Shown here piece by piece: positions 48,642 through 58,734 of a stretch of DNA of 64,000 bases. Each line of letters begins with the position of its first letter. The first letter of the stretch is position 1. The DNA is from a virus: positions 1 to 64,000 of IMG/VR virus record IMGVR_UViG_3300030098_004824. One strand, given 5' to 3'. A model generated the notes under the pieces. The model saw only the letters and a list, made by a program, of their open reading frames with translations. It had not been told where the DNA came from and made no database searches. A program made the position numbers and the translations under genes.

Positions 48642-49670
48642 ATGTTTGAGTATTTTTACAACGAGATCTTTAGGAGAACAATTATCTCCTTCGGAACTTT
48701 GTTTAATAACATTACTATTAAGCAGGATGGTGGATCTGTGAAGGTTCCATTAGCATATGGACCTACTCAAAAGTTTTTAGCAAGAATTGAACAATCGCCA
48801 GATTTAAATAAACCATTTGCCATTACTTTACCAAGAATGTCATTTGAGTTTACTGGTCTTACATACGATTCATCAAGAAAAGTTACTACTACTCAACAAT
48901 TTTCAGTAAAGGATCCAAATACAGAATCTGATACTAAAAAAGCATATATGCCTGTTCCATATAATATGCAATTTGAACTTGCTATTATGTGTAAATTAAA
49001 TGATGATGCACTTCAGATTGTAGAGCAAATACTACCATATTTTCAACCGTCATATAATCTAACAGTAAATTTAGTTTCAGCATTAAACGAAAAAAGAGAT
49101 ATACCTGTTGTACTTGAAAATGTTACAATGCAAGATGATTATGAAGGAGATTATGAAACTAGAAGAGTTCTTCTTTATACAATGAGATTTACTGCAAAGA
49201 CTTACCTATTCGGTCCTACTGCAGATGCTACCAAAGATATTATCAAGAAGTCTACTATCAATTATCTTACTGGCACAGATACTTCAAACACAAGAAGAGA
49301 ACTTTCTTACTCTGTTAAACCTAAAGCACTTAAGGATTATACAGACGATACTGTTACGGTAGTATCTGAAGATATAACTGCAGCTGCTAAGACAATAGCA
49401 GTTGAGGATGCAAGTAGTATTGCAGCAAAAGCATATATTGATATTGATGGTGAAAGGATATACGTTAGGTCTAAATCAGGTAATACATTAAATGTTACCA
49501 GAGGAAAGGATGGAGCAATTCCTACTGATCATGTATTGGGAGCAGCAGTTAAGGGTATTGACTTTACAACTACAACTACCAGTATTGGTACCATAGGTGT
49601 AGATAGTGCATTAGTTGCTGATGGAGATGACTTTGGATTTGATGGATTAATTACTGATACTACATCATGA
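48642..49670 (+). CDS. gp15: Tail sheath stabiliser/terminator gp15
   Basis: YFYNE, FGTLFN, LPRMSFE, QIVEQILPYFQP. Confidence 0.92.
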   Translation: MFEYFYNEIFRRTIISFGTLFNNITIKQDGGSVKVPLAYGPTQKFLARIEQSPDLNKPFAITLPRMSFEFTGLTYDSSRKVTTTQQFSVKDPNTESDTKKAYMPVPYNMQFELAIMCKLNDDALQIVEQILPYFQPSYNLTVNLVSALNEKRDIPVVLENVTMQDDYEGDYETRRVLLYTMRFTAKTYLFGPTADATKDIIKKSTINYLTGTDTSNTRRELSYSVKPKALKDYTDDTVTVVSEDITAAAKTIAVEDASSIAAKAYIDIDGERIYVRSKSGNTLNVTRGKDGAIPTDHVLGAAVKGIDFTTTTTSIGTIGVDSALVADGDDFGFDGLITDTTS

Positions 49671-50098
49671 CAACAACTAAAAATTTAGATGAAACTTTTA
49701 ACATTGCACCTACTGAAATAGTAGAAGCAGATGAAGTTAAACCCCCTGTTGGTATACAAAAACCAGATAGGTTAACTAAGAATGATATTGAAAAAGATTA
49801 TGAATATACTCGTGGTAATCTTTACAGTATTATAGAAAAGGGTCAGGAAGCAATAAATGGTATTCTTGAGGTTGCTCAAGATAGTGATATGCCAAGAGCA
49901 TATGAAGTTGCTGGTCAGTTAATCAAGAGTGTATCTGATGCAACTGATAAGTTGATGGATCTTCAAAAGAAATTGAAAGACGTGGAAGAAGAGAAACAAT
50001 CTAAAGGACCATCTACAGTTAATAATGCACTGTTTGTTGGATCAACTGCAGAGTTGCAAAAACTATTAAAGAACGGACTACCAAAAGATTCTAAATAA
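49667..50098 (+). CDS. gp16: Terminase small subunit gp16
   Basis: DYEYTR, PRAYEV, NNALFVGSTAELQK. Confidence 0.9.
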   Translation: MTTTKNLDETFNIAPTEIVEADEVKPPVGIQKPDRLTKNDIEKDYEYTRGNLYSIIEKGQEAINGILEVAQDSDMPRAYEVAGQLIKSVSDATDKLMDLQKKLKDVEEEKQSKGPSTVNNALFVGSTAELQKLLKNGLPKDSK

Positions 50099-50139
50099 TA
50101 GAAGGAGAGAAATCCTAAAGTACATACGTTACTAATACA

Positions 50140-52161
50140 ATGTCGGATACGTTACCGTCGATAAATGATTTACTTGAGAGTAAATTGCCATCAGTCGATG
50201 ATTTTATAAAAGAAGAAGAATTACCCTCAGTAGACGACTTTATTGAGAAGGAAGAAGATGAAGAGGAAATAGAAGATACTACACCGTGTTCTGTAGAAGA
50301 AGAAGCACAAGATTTAACGGAGATAGTACGTCTGATAAATGACGTAAGAAAAGATATTCCAGATATTCCAGAAATAAAATATTATGATAATGAATTAGAA
50401 AAACTATCTGAACAGGTAGTACAAGTTAGAGATAGTATTCCAGAGATACCAGAAATAAAATATTATGATGAAGAGATTGCTTCTTTAAGAGAAGAGATAG
50501 ATCGTAATGCTGCTGATATTCCAGAAATAAAATATTATGATGAACAGGTAAATGACCTTGAGGAAAAGATTAAGGTCATTAAGGAAGATATTGTAAACCT
50601 TCCTGAACCAAAGTATTATGAGTCAGATTTAGAATCTCTTAAAGAAGACATTCTTGCAGTAAAAGAATCTGTACCCGTATTTCCAAAATGGGTTAATGAG
50701 GTTAATGAAGTTCCAGATTTTTCTTGGATAGGAAAAACTTTTGGTGTTATTGATTCTGACTTTGTAAAAGTAAATGATAATCTTGATTCTATTAGAGGTA
50801 GAATAGATCAGGAAATTCAGGAGATTTCAGAAAATTTTGATCTTAAGGATTTTGAGAATAAAGTTGAATTTGAAAAAGCAAGTAACAATTTAAAAGAAAC
50901 TAAAGGAAAAATATATGAAGAATTAAGAGAAACTGCTCTTAGAATTTGGGATCATCATAAAGAATTTAAAGATGATGATAGAAAATTAAAGAAACAAATA
51001 CTTAGTCACTATAATGTTTTAAAACAGAAAGTAGATGAAGAAGTAAAAGAATTTAACAGAAAAACTGTTGAAAGTAAGGATTTGTTTAAAGGGTATTTTG
51101 ATGGTTTATCAGAAGAGATTGAGAACTTACCTAAACCAAAATATTATGATGATACTATTAATAGTTTAAAAAGAGATGTTAATCGAAATATTTCTAAATT
51201 GAATCATCAGTATGAAAATACTACTTTAGATGTAAGTGAATTATATAAACTTGTTGAAGAATTAAAAGAGAAGCAACATGAATTAAAAGATCTTTATGAG
51301 GAAGGATTACTTGATGATCCAAAGGATACTAATAATGAAGATCCTCTTACACCAATAGATCAGAATTTTGTTACTCTTGATCAGTTACAGCAACATTATA
51401 AGTTATTTGTAGAAAGAGTACAGTATCAGTTAGGATCCATCGGTGGTGGTGGTGCAGGATTCATAAAGGATCTTGACGATGTAACTCATGATGGTACCAA
51501 TAATGAATTATTAATTTATAATTCATCTACTTCTAAATGGGTTGGTATAGCAAGTACTGCTCTTTCAAGCACTAGTACTATTGCAGGTATTAGCACTACA
51601 GGAACATCTGTATTCAAAAATTTACAAATCAGTGGTGTTAGTACATATACAGATACTACTAATTCAACTTCAGTATCAACTGGATCATTAGTTATTAATG
51701 GTGGAGTTGGTGTTGCATTAAGTATGCACGTTGGTGGAAGTTTATCTGTAGGTGGTACAATAACATATGAGGATGTAACTAATATAGATTCTGTTGGTAT
51801 TGTTACTGCTGGTGGTGGATTACAACTTGGAAGAGGTCCATCAGTTGCTGCTATACAATCAGCAGCATCTACAAAAACTTCTACATCAGAAGCTGCTGCA
51901 GATACATTTACAGCAGCTACATATAGATCCGCACAGTATCAAATTCAAGTAACAAGAGGATCTCAATATCATGTGACGACCATGAATGTTTTACACGATG
52001 GGACTAATGTATTCATGAGTGAATTTGGAACTATTAAGACTGGAGTAACTCTTGCAACGTTTGACGCTGACATTAATAGTGGTAATGTAAGACTATTAGT
52101 GACTCCTACTTCAAGTGATTCAACTGTATTTAAAATAGTAAAATCACTTACTCTAACATAG
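50140..52161 (+). CDS. Acidic coiled-coil protein with IPEIKYYD repeats and fibre-like C-terminus
   Basis: Repeated (I/L)PE(I/P)KYY(D/E); GGGG linker; Gly/Ser/Thr-rich tail. Confidence 0.7.
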   Translation: MSDTLPSINDLLESKLPSVDDFIKEEELPSVDDFIEKEEDEEEIEDTTPCSVEEEAQDLTEIVRLINDVRKDIPDIPEIKYYDNELEKLSEQVVQVRDSIPEIPEIKYYDEEIASLREEIDRNAADIPEIKYYDEQVNDLEEKIKVIKEDIVNLPEPKYYESDLESLKEDILAVKESVPVFPKWVNEVNEVPDFSWIGKTFGVIDSDFVKVNDNLDSIRGRIDQEIQEISENFDLKDFENKVEFEKASNNLKETKGKIYEELRETALRIWDHHKEFKDDDRKLKKQILSHYNVLKQKVDEEVKEFNRKTVESKDLFKGYFDGLSEEIENLPKPKYYDDTINSLKRDVNRNISKLNHQYENTTLDVSELYKLVEELKEKQHELKDLYEEGLLDDPKDTNNEDPLTPIDQNFVTLDQLQQHYKLFVERVQYQLGSIGGGGAGFIKDLDDVTHDGTNNELLIYNSSTSKWVGIASTALSSTSTIAGISTTGTSVFKNLQISGVSTYTDTTNSTSVSTGSLVINGGVGVALSMHVGGSLSVGGTITYEDVTNIDSVGIVTAGGGLQLGRGPSVAAIQSAASTKTSTSEAAADTFTAATYRSAQYQIQVTRGSQYHVTTMNVLHDGTNVFMSEFGTIKTGVTLATFDADINSGNVRLLVTPTSSDSTVFKIVKSLTLT

Positions 52162-52194
52162 AAAAATATAAATATCTATATGATGTGTAACGAA

Positions 52195-52437
52195 ATGCAA
52201 ACATTAAACGAAGCAACACGTTTACCCAACTATAATAAAGTCGGTAATATTATCGACGTGTACTTGGCTTGGCGAGGAAAAAACTATATGATAAAAATGT
52301 TTTTCCCGTCGGTTAAAGTACCTTCACGCAGAGAAGTCCTGGATCAAGTGAGAAAAGTGTATCCTGGATCTAAACTCTGGAACTACGAGATTTCCAACTA
52401 TGAACCAGGAGCACCACTCCTCCAAGTCGGAGGATAA
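52195..52437 (+). CDS. Hypothetical late protein
   Basis: TATAAATA at 52167. Confidence 0.6.
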   Translation: MQTLNEATRLPNYNKVGNIIDVYLAWRGKNYMIKMFFPSVKVPSRREVLDQVRKVYPGSKLWNYEISNYEPGAPLLQVGG

Positions 52438-52570
52438 TAAAACTAAAGATTTAGAAAAGAAAGTAGAGAATTTAGAAAAAACATTAGAATTAGTTAAAAA
52501 AACCATAGATCATGATAAACAAATGAAATTACAACAACCATTAGAATTCGGTAAATATGAAATGACTTAG
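52400..52570 (+). CDS. Small coiled-coil hypothetical protein (start uncertain)
   Basis: ...DLEKKVENLEKTLELVKK... Confidence 0.45.
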   Translation: MNQEHHSSKSEDNKTKDLEKKVENLEKTLELVKKTIDHDKQMKLQQPLEFGKYEMT

Positions 52571-52581
52571 GAGGCTTTATT

Positions 52582-54225
52582 ATGGATGATATTTACTTAG
52601 GTAATCCCAATTTAAAAAAGGCAAATGTTCCTCAAGAGTTTACTCAGGAACAGATTGAAGAATTTATGAGATGTGCAGCTGACCCTGTATATTTTGCTAA
52701 AACTTATATGAAAATTGTTTCTCTTGATGAGGGACTTGTTCAATTTCATCCTTATGATTTTCAAGAGAAGTTAATTAAAAACTTCCACGAGAATAGATTT
52801 AATATTTGTAAGATGCCTCGTCAGACTGGTAAGTCTACTACGTCTGTATCATATCTATTACATTATTGCGTTTTTAACGATAGTGTTAATATTGGTATAT
52901 TGGCAAACAAGGCAGCAACTGCCAGAGATTTGTTAGGAAGATTACAAACAGCATATGAAAACTTACCTAAATGGATGCAACAAGGAATTGTATCTTGGAA
53001 TAAAGGATCTCTGGAGTTGGAAAATGGATCAAAGATACTAGCTGCTTCTACGTCTGCAAGTGCTGTCCGAGGCATGTCGTTCAATATCCTTTTCCTCGAC
53101 GAGTTCGCCTTTGTCCCAAATCATATCGCAGAAGCATTCTTTAGTTCTGTTTATCCTACTATTACGTCTGGTAAAACTACCAAAGTAATAATGGTTTCAA
53201 CCCCTCACGGGATGAATCATTTCTATAGGTATTGGCACGATGCTGAAAGAGGAAAGAACGAATATATTCCAACTGATGTTCATTGGTCTCAAGTTCCAGG
53301 TAGAGATGAGGAATGGAAGAGACAAACTATTGCTAACACATCCGATCAACAATTTAAGATTGAGTTTGAATGCGAATTCTTAGGATCTGTTGATACTCTT
53401 ATCGCACCAAGTAAATTAAGAACTCTTGTTTACGAAGAACCTAAAACAAGAAATGCTGGACTTGATGTATATGAAGATGTTATTAAAGGACATGATTATG
53501 TAATGACAGTTGACGTGGCAAGAGGAGTTAGTGAAGATTATTCTGCTTTTGTTGTTGTTGATATTACAGAGTTTCCTCATAAGATAGTAGCGAAGTATAG
53601 GAATAATGAAGTTAAACCAATGCTATTCCCTAATGTTATTTGGGAGTTAGCAAAGAATTATAATAAAGCATTTATAATGTGTGAGGTAAATGATATTGGA
53701 GATCAAGTTGCATCCATTCTAAACTTTGATTTTGAGTATGAAAATCTTCTTATGTGTTCTATGAGAGGTAGAGCAGGTCAAGTTGTGGGTCAGGGATTCT
53801 CTGGTAAAAAGACACAACTTGGAGTTAAGATGTCAAAGACGGTTAAAAAGGTTGGTGCATTAAATTTAAAAACCTTAATAGAAGCAGATAAGATTATATT
53901 TAATGATTATGATATTATATCTGAACTTACAACCTTTATTCAAAAACATAATTCATTTGAAGCAGAAGAAGGATGTAATGATGACCTTGCAATGTGTTTA
54001 GTAATATATGCATGGTTAGTTCAAAGTGATTATTTTAAAGAACTTACTGATCAAGATGTTCGTAAGAGATTGTATGAAGAACAAAAGAATGCAATAGAAC
54101 AGGATATGGCACCTTTTGGATTTATTATTGATGGAACTGATGATAATAGTTTCGTTGACCCTGAAGGTGATAGATGGTTTACTGATGAGTATGGTGATAT
54201 GTCGCATATGTGGGAGTATCAATAA
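52582..54225 (+). CDS. gp17: Terminase large subunit gp17
   Basis: PRQTGKST, LDEFAF, STPHG, DVARG, DDLAM. Confidence 0.96.
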   Translation: MDDIYLGNPNLKKANVPQEFTQEQIEEFMRCAADPVYFAKTYMKIVSLDEGLVQFHPYDFQEKLIKNFHENRFNICKMPRQTGKSTTSVSYLLHYCVFNDSVNIGILANKAATARDLLGRLQTAYENLPKWMQQGIVSWNKGSLELENGSKILAASTSASAVRGMSFNILFLDEFAFVPNHIAEAFFSSVYPTITSGKTTKVIMVSTPHGMNHFYRYWHDAERGKNEYIPTDVHWSQVPGRDEEWKRQTIANTSDQQFKIEFECEFLGSVDTLIAPSKLRTLVYEEPKTRNAGLDVYEDVIKGHDYVMTVDVARGVSEDYSAFVVVDITEFPHKIVAKYRNNEVKPMLFPNVIWELAKNYNKAFIMCEVNDIGDQVASILNFDFEYENLLMCSMRGRAGQVVGQGFSGKKTQLGVKMSKTVKKVGALNLKTLIEADKIIFNDYDIISELTTFIQKHNSFEAEEGCNDDLAMCLVIYAWLVQSDYFKELTDQDVRKRLYEEQKNAIEQDMAPFGFIIDGTDDNSFVDPEGDRWFTDEYGDMSHMWEYQ

Positions 54226-54359
54226 TGATTTTAGAAACATTCTTAATAGCAGCAGCATTACCATTCGTGGCATTATCACTTTACTTTGGAACCAAAGGAG
54301 GGTATTATGATAGTGATGACTATACTGGTGATGGTTGTGCTCACGATGTCCAACGATGA
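54225..54359 (+). CDS. ndhP: NDH-1 small subunit NdhP homologue (44 aa)
   Basis: [40 protein letters not shown] matches the NdhP pattern TM-FGT(K/R)xG(F/Y)YD(S/T)DxYxGxGxAH; TAATG overlap with gp17. Confidence 0.8.
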   Translation: MILETFLIAAALPFVALSLYFGTKGGYYDSDDYTGDGCAHDVQR

Positions 54360-54499
54360 ATAACCTATTTAAAATCTTTTATACTAAATGGTTTAGATCT
54401 GCACCAGTTGTAGCAACCATTTGGTTAACTATTACAGCAGTCATACTCATAGAGTTTAATTACTTCTTCCCAGATCTTTTATTCCATCCAATGCAATGA
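54356..54499 (+). CDS. psaJ: Photosystem I subunit IX PsaJ (47 aa)
   Basis: [33 protein letters not shown], typical PsaJ; ATGA overlaps on both sides. Confidence 0.9.
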   Translation: MNNLFKIFYTKWFRSAPVVATIWLTITAVILIEFNYFFPDLLFHPMQ

Positions 54500-55053
54500 A
54501 AGCAATCTTTAATTACTTAAAAGAAATAAAAGATACTGCTAAATATATGTTACAAGGGTTAGAAGTAACCTTTGATCATATGAGAAGGAGACCTGTAACA
54601 ATACAGTATCCTTATGAAAAACTGATACCATCTGAAAGGTATCGTGGACGTATTCACTATGAGTTTGATAAGTGTATTGCTTGTGAAGTATGTGTTAGGG
54701 TATGTCCAATAAATCTCCCAGTAGTCGATTGGGTGATGAACAAACAAACAAAGAAAAAAGAACTAAGAAACTATTCAATTGATTTTGGAGCTTGTATATT
54801 CTGCGGAAACTGTGTAGAATACTGTCCTACCAATTGTTTAAGTATGACGGAGGAATATGAACTTTCTACATTCGATAGGCACTCACTCAACTATGATAAT
54901 GTCGCTCTTGGACGATTGCCCACTAATGTTACAAGTGATCCCTCAGTTAGGGCAATGCGTGAACTTGCTTACTTACCAAAAGGAGAGATGGATCCACATG
55001 AAGTACCAGACAGCAAACCCCGTGTAGCAGGACCTCCAAATGGAACTTACTGA
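54496..55053 (+). CDS. ndhI: NAD(P)H-quinone oxidoreductase subunit I
   Basis: [44 protein letters not shown]. Confidence 0.95.
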   Translation: MKAIFNYLKEIKDTAKYMLQGLEVTFDHMRRRPVTIQYPYEKLIPSERYRGRIHYEFDKCIACEVCVRVCPINLPVVDWVMNKQTKKKELRNYSIDFGACIFCGNCVEYCPTNCLSMTEEYELSTFDRHSLNYDNVALGRLPTNVTSDPSVRAMRELAYLPKGEMDPHEVPDSKPRVAGPPNGTY

Positions 55054-55276
55054 AGAAAATGTAATCAAAGTCCTAGAAGAATTACTTCCGTACATAGAAG
55101 CAGATGGAGGTTTTCTTGAGTTTGTAGAAATAGAACACGAAACTAATTTTGTTAAAGTTAGATTGGGTGGTGCTTGTTCTACTTGTGCAATGAGTGCTAT
55201 TACTTTGAAGCAGGGTATAGAAAGTAAATTAATGCATGAAATCCCTGATTGTTATGGAGTAATACAGGTACTATGA
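55040..55276 (+). CDS. nfuA: Nfu/NifU C-terminal-like Fe-S cluster carrier
   Basis: [10 protein letters not shown]...[20 protein letters not shown]. Confidence 0.88.
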   Translation: MELTEENVIKVLEELLPYIEADGGFLEFVEIEHETNFVKVRLGGACSTCAMSAITLKQGIESKLMHEIPDCYGVIQVL

Positions 55277-55500
55277 TTGAAATTGATGATCAAATTAAAT
55301 TGGGTCATCTATTGTTACAGGATAGAAGATGTAGAGTTTGTGGTAAAACTAAAAATTTAATAGATGGTTTTTATAGAACCAGAAAGAAGAGAGGACCAGT
55401 TCCATCATCATGGTCATATGAATGTAAAGAATGCACTATTAAAAGAATTGTAGATCATAAGAAACCAAAAATTAAAGATTGGGAATATCCAGATTGGTAG
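55273..55500 (+). CDS. Small Zn-finger protein (CxxC...CxxC)
   Basis: CRVC...YECKEC; ATGA overlap with nfu. Confidence 0.65.
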   Translation: MIEIDDQIKLGHLLLQDRRCRVCGKTKNLIDGFYRTRKKRGPVPSSWSYECKECTIKRIVDHKKPKIKDWEYPDW

Positions 55501-55536
55501 TTCACTCCAAGTTTCCCCATTGAAAATGTTCTAAAG

Positions 55537-55544
55537 AATAAATA
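55537..55544 (+). promoter_or_regulatory. T4-type late promoter (AATAAATA) upstream of gp18
   Basis: Similar TAAATA sites precede gp25, gp8, gp13, gp15, gp19, gp20 and gp22, at about 19089, 35356, 45154, 48613, 58060, 58701 and 61928. Confidence 0.65.
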
Positions 55545-55575
55545 TTTTCAGACAAATGAGACATCGGAGAAAAAC

Positions 55576-58053
55576 ATGGCCACTCCTCAATTATCTCCTG
55601 GAGTACTGGTAAGGGAGGTTGATTTAACAGTAGGAAGAGCTGATAATGTATTAGATAATATTGGTGCAATCGCTGGTCCTTTCCAAATTGGACCTGTTGA
55701 TGAAGCAATTGACATCAGCACAGAAGAAGATTTTATAAGTGCGTTTGGTAAACCACTTTCTACAGACCGTCAATATGAGTATTGGATGAGTGCATCATCA
55801 TACTTAACATATGGTGGAGTTTTAAAAGTAGTCAGAACCGATGGAGATCTATTAAACAATGCTAACGCAGGTGTTGGTATTGCTTCAACAAGTTCTACTT
55901 ATGGTAAAGTTAAGAACTATGACGATTATAAAAATAATGCGGAAAATACAACAAATTGGACTTATGCTGCTAAAAACCCAGGTACTTGGGGTAATGGAAT
56001 AAAGGTTTGTCAGATTGATGACTTAGCAGACCAGATACTTGGAATCAATACATCAAACCTTGCTGGAGTTGGTCTGACTATTGGTTATGGAATAACTGCT
56101 TCTTTAGGAACTCAAGCAAATAAAGTTTCAATTCCAGGTGCAGGTTCAACTGATGGATTTGTAGGGTATATTAAAGGTATTATCACTGGTGTTACAACTG
56201 ATACTATTGGTGGTAATAGTACAGTTGATGTTAAATTTACTTCAAGGGTATCAGCATCAAGTACATCATATACGGATGTACTTAATACCACATCAATTAA
56301 TGCTGGACTTGCTGCTACTAATAGAATATACACAAATAGTATTGCTGGACTTTCTACTGGAACAGGAATAACTGTAAAACCAATTCTACCAGGAATTAGT
56401 AGTTTATCTGCTAATGATGCTAGTCATTCAATTGTTTCTATTGGAGATACCTTCGTTACTCTTGGTGCTGTAGTTAACAGTTCAAGTGTTAGTGCTGGTG
56501 TTGCTGTTACCTTTAAAAGGTTAGTAACAATTGGTGGAACAGAAACTCTTGCAGATTATAAAGAAGGTTCTACCTATGCTGAGTTTAAAACAGGAACTGT
56601 ACATATTGTAGGTACAGATGAAGAAATAAGTGCTTCTCCAACTGTAGTATCCAAGACTGATTGGTATGATGAGCAGAAGTTGGGTCTAACTAATGCGACA
56701 ATCTTCTGGAAATCCATTGCACCAAAACCATCATCTAATGTTTATACAACAGATAGGAATGGTAAGGGTGATGGAATGCACATTGTAGTTGTTGACGATG
56801 AGGGTAATGTAACAGGAATTAAGGGTAATACTCTTGAGAAGCATACATTCTTATCTAAAGCAAAGGATGGAGTATCTAATGTAAATGCTCCTGAAAAAGT
56901 TTGGTATAAGAATTATATTGCAGATAATTCGCAATATGTTTATGCAGGATATAATGCATCAAACGCAATAGATACTTACCATGAAACTGCTCCAAGAGCA
57001 ACTGGATTCTCAGGAACATCATTCACACCAGTTACGAATGCTGATAGTCTTTGGGGTCTAAATGCACAGGATGTTACATATTCTTCACTTGGAAATGTAA
57101 CATATACACTTGGTGGTGGTGTTGATTATGGTGCAAATAAGGGAATGTCTGCAACCCTTGCTAATTTAATGACATCTTATGATCTATTTGGTAATAAGGA
57201 TGAAATTGAAGTTGATTACTTAATAATGGGACCTGGTTGTACTACTGAAGACAAGTCTCAAGCAAAAGCAAATAAATTGCTTACAATTGCTGGAGATAGA
57301 AAAGATTGTATGGCAGTCATCAGTCCTCATAGAGCAAATGTAGTTAATGTAACAAACACAACTACGCAGACAAATAACGTAATTAACTTCTTTGGACCGC
57401 TAAGTTCTTCATCTTACGGTGTATTCGATAGTGGTTACAAGTACACTTATGACAGATTTAATAATGAATTCAGATACATTCCTTGTAACGCAGACGTTGC
57501 TGGAATGATGTGTCGCACAAGTCTCACTGCTTATCCTTGGTTCTCACCAGCAGGTCAGCAAAGAGGTGTACTTAATAATGGAATCAAACTTGCATATAAT
57601 CCAACAAAGGCACAAAGAGACAAACTTTATCCAAGTAGAATTAACTCCTTCATAACCACACCTGGCGTAGGAACAATTCTATTCGGTGATAAGACTGCAC
57701 TCGCATATGCATCAGCGTTTGATAGAATTAACGTTCGTCGTTTATTCCTAACAATTGAGCAAGCATTAGAGAAAGCAGCACAGGCTCAACTCTTCGAACT
57801 TAACGATGAGTTAACAAGAGCAAACTTTAGAAACATCGTTGAACCATATCTTCGTGATATTCAGGCAAAACGAGGACTTTACGGATTCCTTGTTGTTTGT
57901 GACACCACAAATAATACACCTGATATCATTGATAACAACGAATTCCGAGCAGACATCTTCCTGAAGCCTGCGAAGAGCATCAACTTCATTACCTTGACAT
58001 TCGTTGCTACACGTACTGGTGTTAGCTTCGAAGAGGTCGTGGGCAGGGTTTAA
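55576..58053 (+). CDS. gp18: Tail sheath protein gp18
   Basis: SPGVLVREVDLT, PWFSPAG, FDRINVRRLF. Confidence 0.95.
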   Translation: MATPQLSPGVLVREVDLTVGRADNVLDNIGAIAGPFQIGPVDEAIDISTEEDFISAFGKPLSTDRQYEYWMSASSYLTYGGVLKVVRTDGDLLNNANAGVGIASTSSTYGKVKNYDDYKNNAENTTNWTYAAKNPGTWGNGIKVCQIDDLADQILGINTSNLAGVGLTIGYGITASLGTQANKVSIPGAGSTDGFVGYIKGIITGVTTDTIGGNSTVDVKFTSRVSASSTSYTDVLNTTSINAGLAATNRIYTNSIAGLSTGTGITVKPILPGISSLSANDASHSIVSIGDTFVTLGAVVNSSSVSAGVAVTFKRLVTIGGTETLADYKEGSTYAEFKTGTVHIVGTDEEISASPTVVSKTDWYDEQKLGLTNATIFWKSIAPKPSSNVYTTDRNGKGDGMHIVVVDDEGNVTGIKGNTLEKHTFLSKAKDGVSNVNAPEKVWYKNYIADNSQYVYAGYNASNAIDTYHETAPRATGFSGTSFTPVTNADSLWGLNAQDVTYSSLGNVTYTLGGGVDYGANKGMSATLANLMTSYDLFGNKDEIEVDYLIMGPGCTTEDKSQAKANKLLTIAGDRKDCMAVISPHRANVVNVTNTTTQTNNVINFFGPLSSSSYGVFDSGYKYTYDRFNNEFRYIPCNADVAGMMCRTSLTAYPWFSPAGQQRGVLNNGIKLAYNPTKAQRDKLYPSRINSFITTPGVGTILFGDKTALAYASAFDRINVRRLFLTIEQALEKAAQAQLFELNDELTRANFRNIVEPYLRDIQAKRGLYGFLVVCDTTNNTPDIIDNNEFRADIFLKPAKSINFITLTFVATRTGVSFEEVVGRV

Positions 58054-58088
58054 TTAACTCTAAATATTTCACAGGAGGATCTTAAAAA

Positions 58089-58700
58089 ATGGCAACATCC
58101 AGACCAGTAAAAACCATCGCAAATTTCAAGTCGCAACTTGTGGGCGGTGGTGCAAGACCAAATTTATTTGAGGTCGAATTAGCGACATTACCTGACGGAG
58201 TTAGTTGGCCCGAAAATGCTCAACGAACCTTCACTTATCTTTGCAAAGCAGCAACATTACCTGCTTCAAATATTGCACAGATTGATATCCCATTTAGGGG
58301 TCGTATTTTCAAAGTAGCTGGAGACAGAACAGTTGACCCTTGGAGTGTCACCGTTATTAACGATGAAAACTTCCAGATTAGAAATGCTATGGAGCAATGG
58401 GTTGAAAAAATGGCGAAATTGAGTGATAATATAGGTAATGTTAACCCAAATGCATATATGGTTAATGCGAAAGTATTCCAATTAGGTAGAGGTTCATCAC
58501 CTGGTACTGCTGGAAATACTGCAGTTGATAATGGAGAAGCAAATTCAGTACTTAAAGAGTATGAATTTATCGACATTTTCCCAACTGCGGTTTCACCAAT
58601 TGACCTATCATACGATTCTTCAGATGCACTTGAAGAATTTACAGTTGAATTCCAAGTCAACTCCTTCTCCTTAGCTGGAGCAGGGTCTCCAAATGGGTAG
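58089..58700 (+). CDS. gp19: Tail tube protein gp19
   Basis: GGARPNLFEV, FRGR..KVAGDR, EEFTVEF. Confidence 0.93.
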   Translation: MATSRPVKTIANFKSQLVGGGARPNLFEVELATLPDGVSWPENAQRTFTYLCKAATLPASNIAQIDIPFRGRIFKVAGDRTVDPWSVTVINDENFQIRNAMEQWVEKMAKLSDNIGNVNPNAYMVNAKVFQLGRGSSPGTAGNTAVDNGEANSVLKEYEFIDIFPTAVSPIDLSYDSSDALEEFTVEFQVNSFSLAGAGSPNG

Positions 58701-58734
58701 CTAAATAGTAATAGGATAAACTTTTAAATTAATT

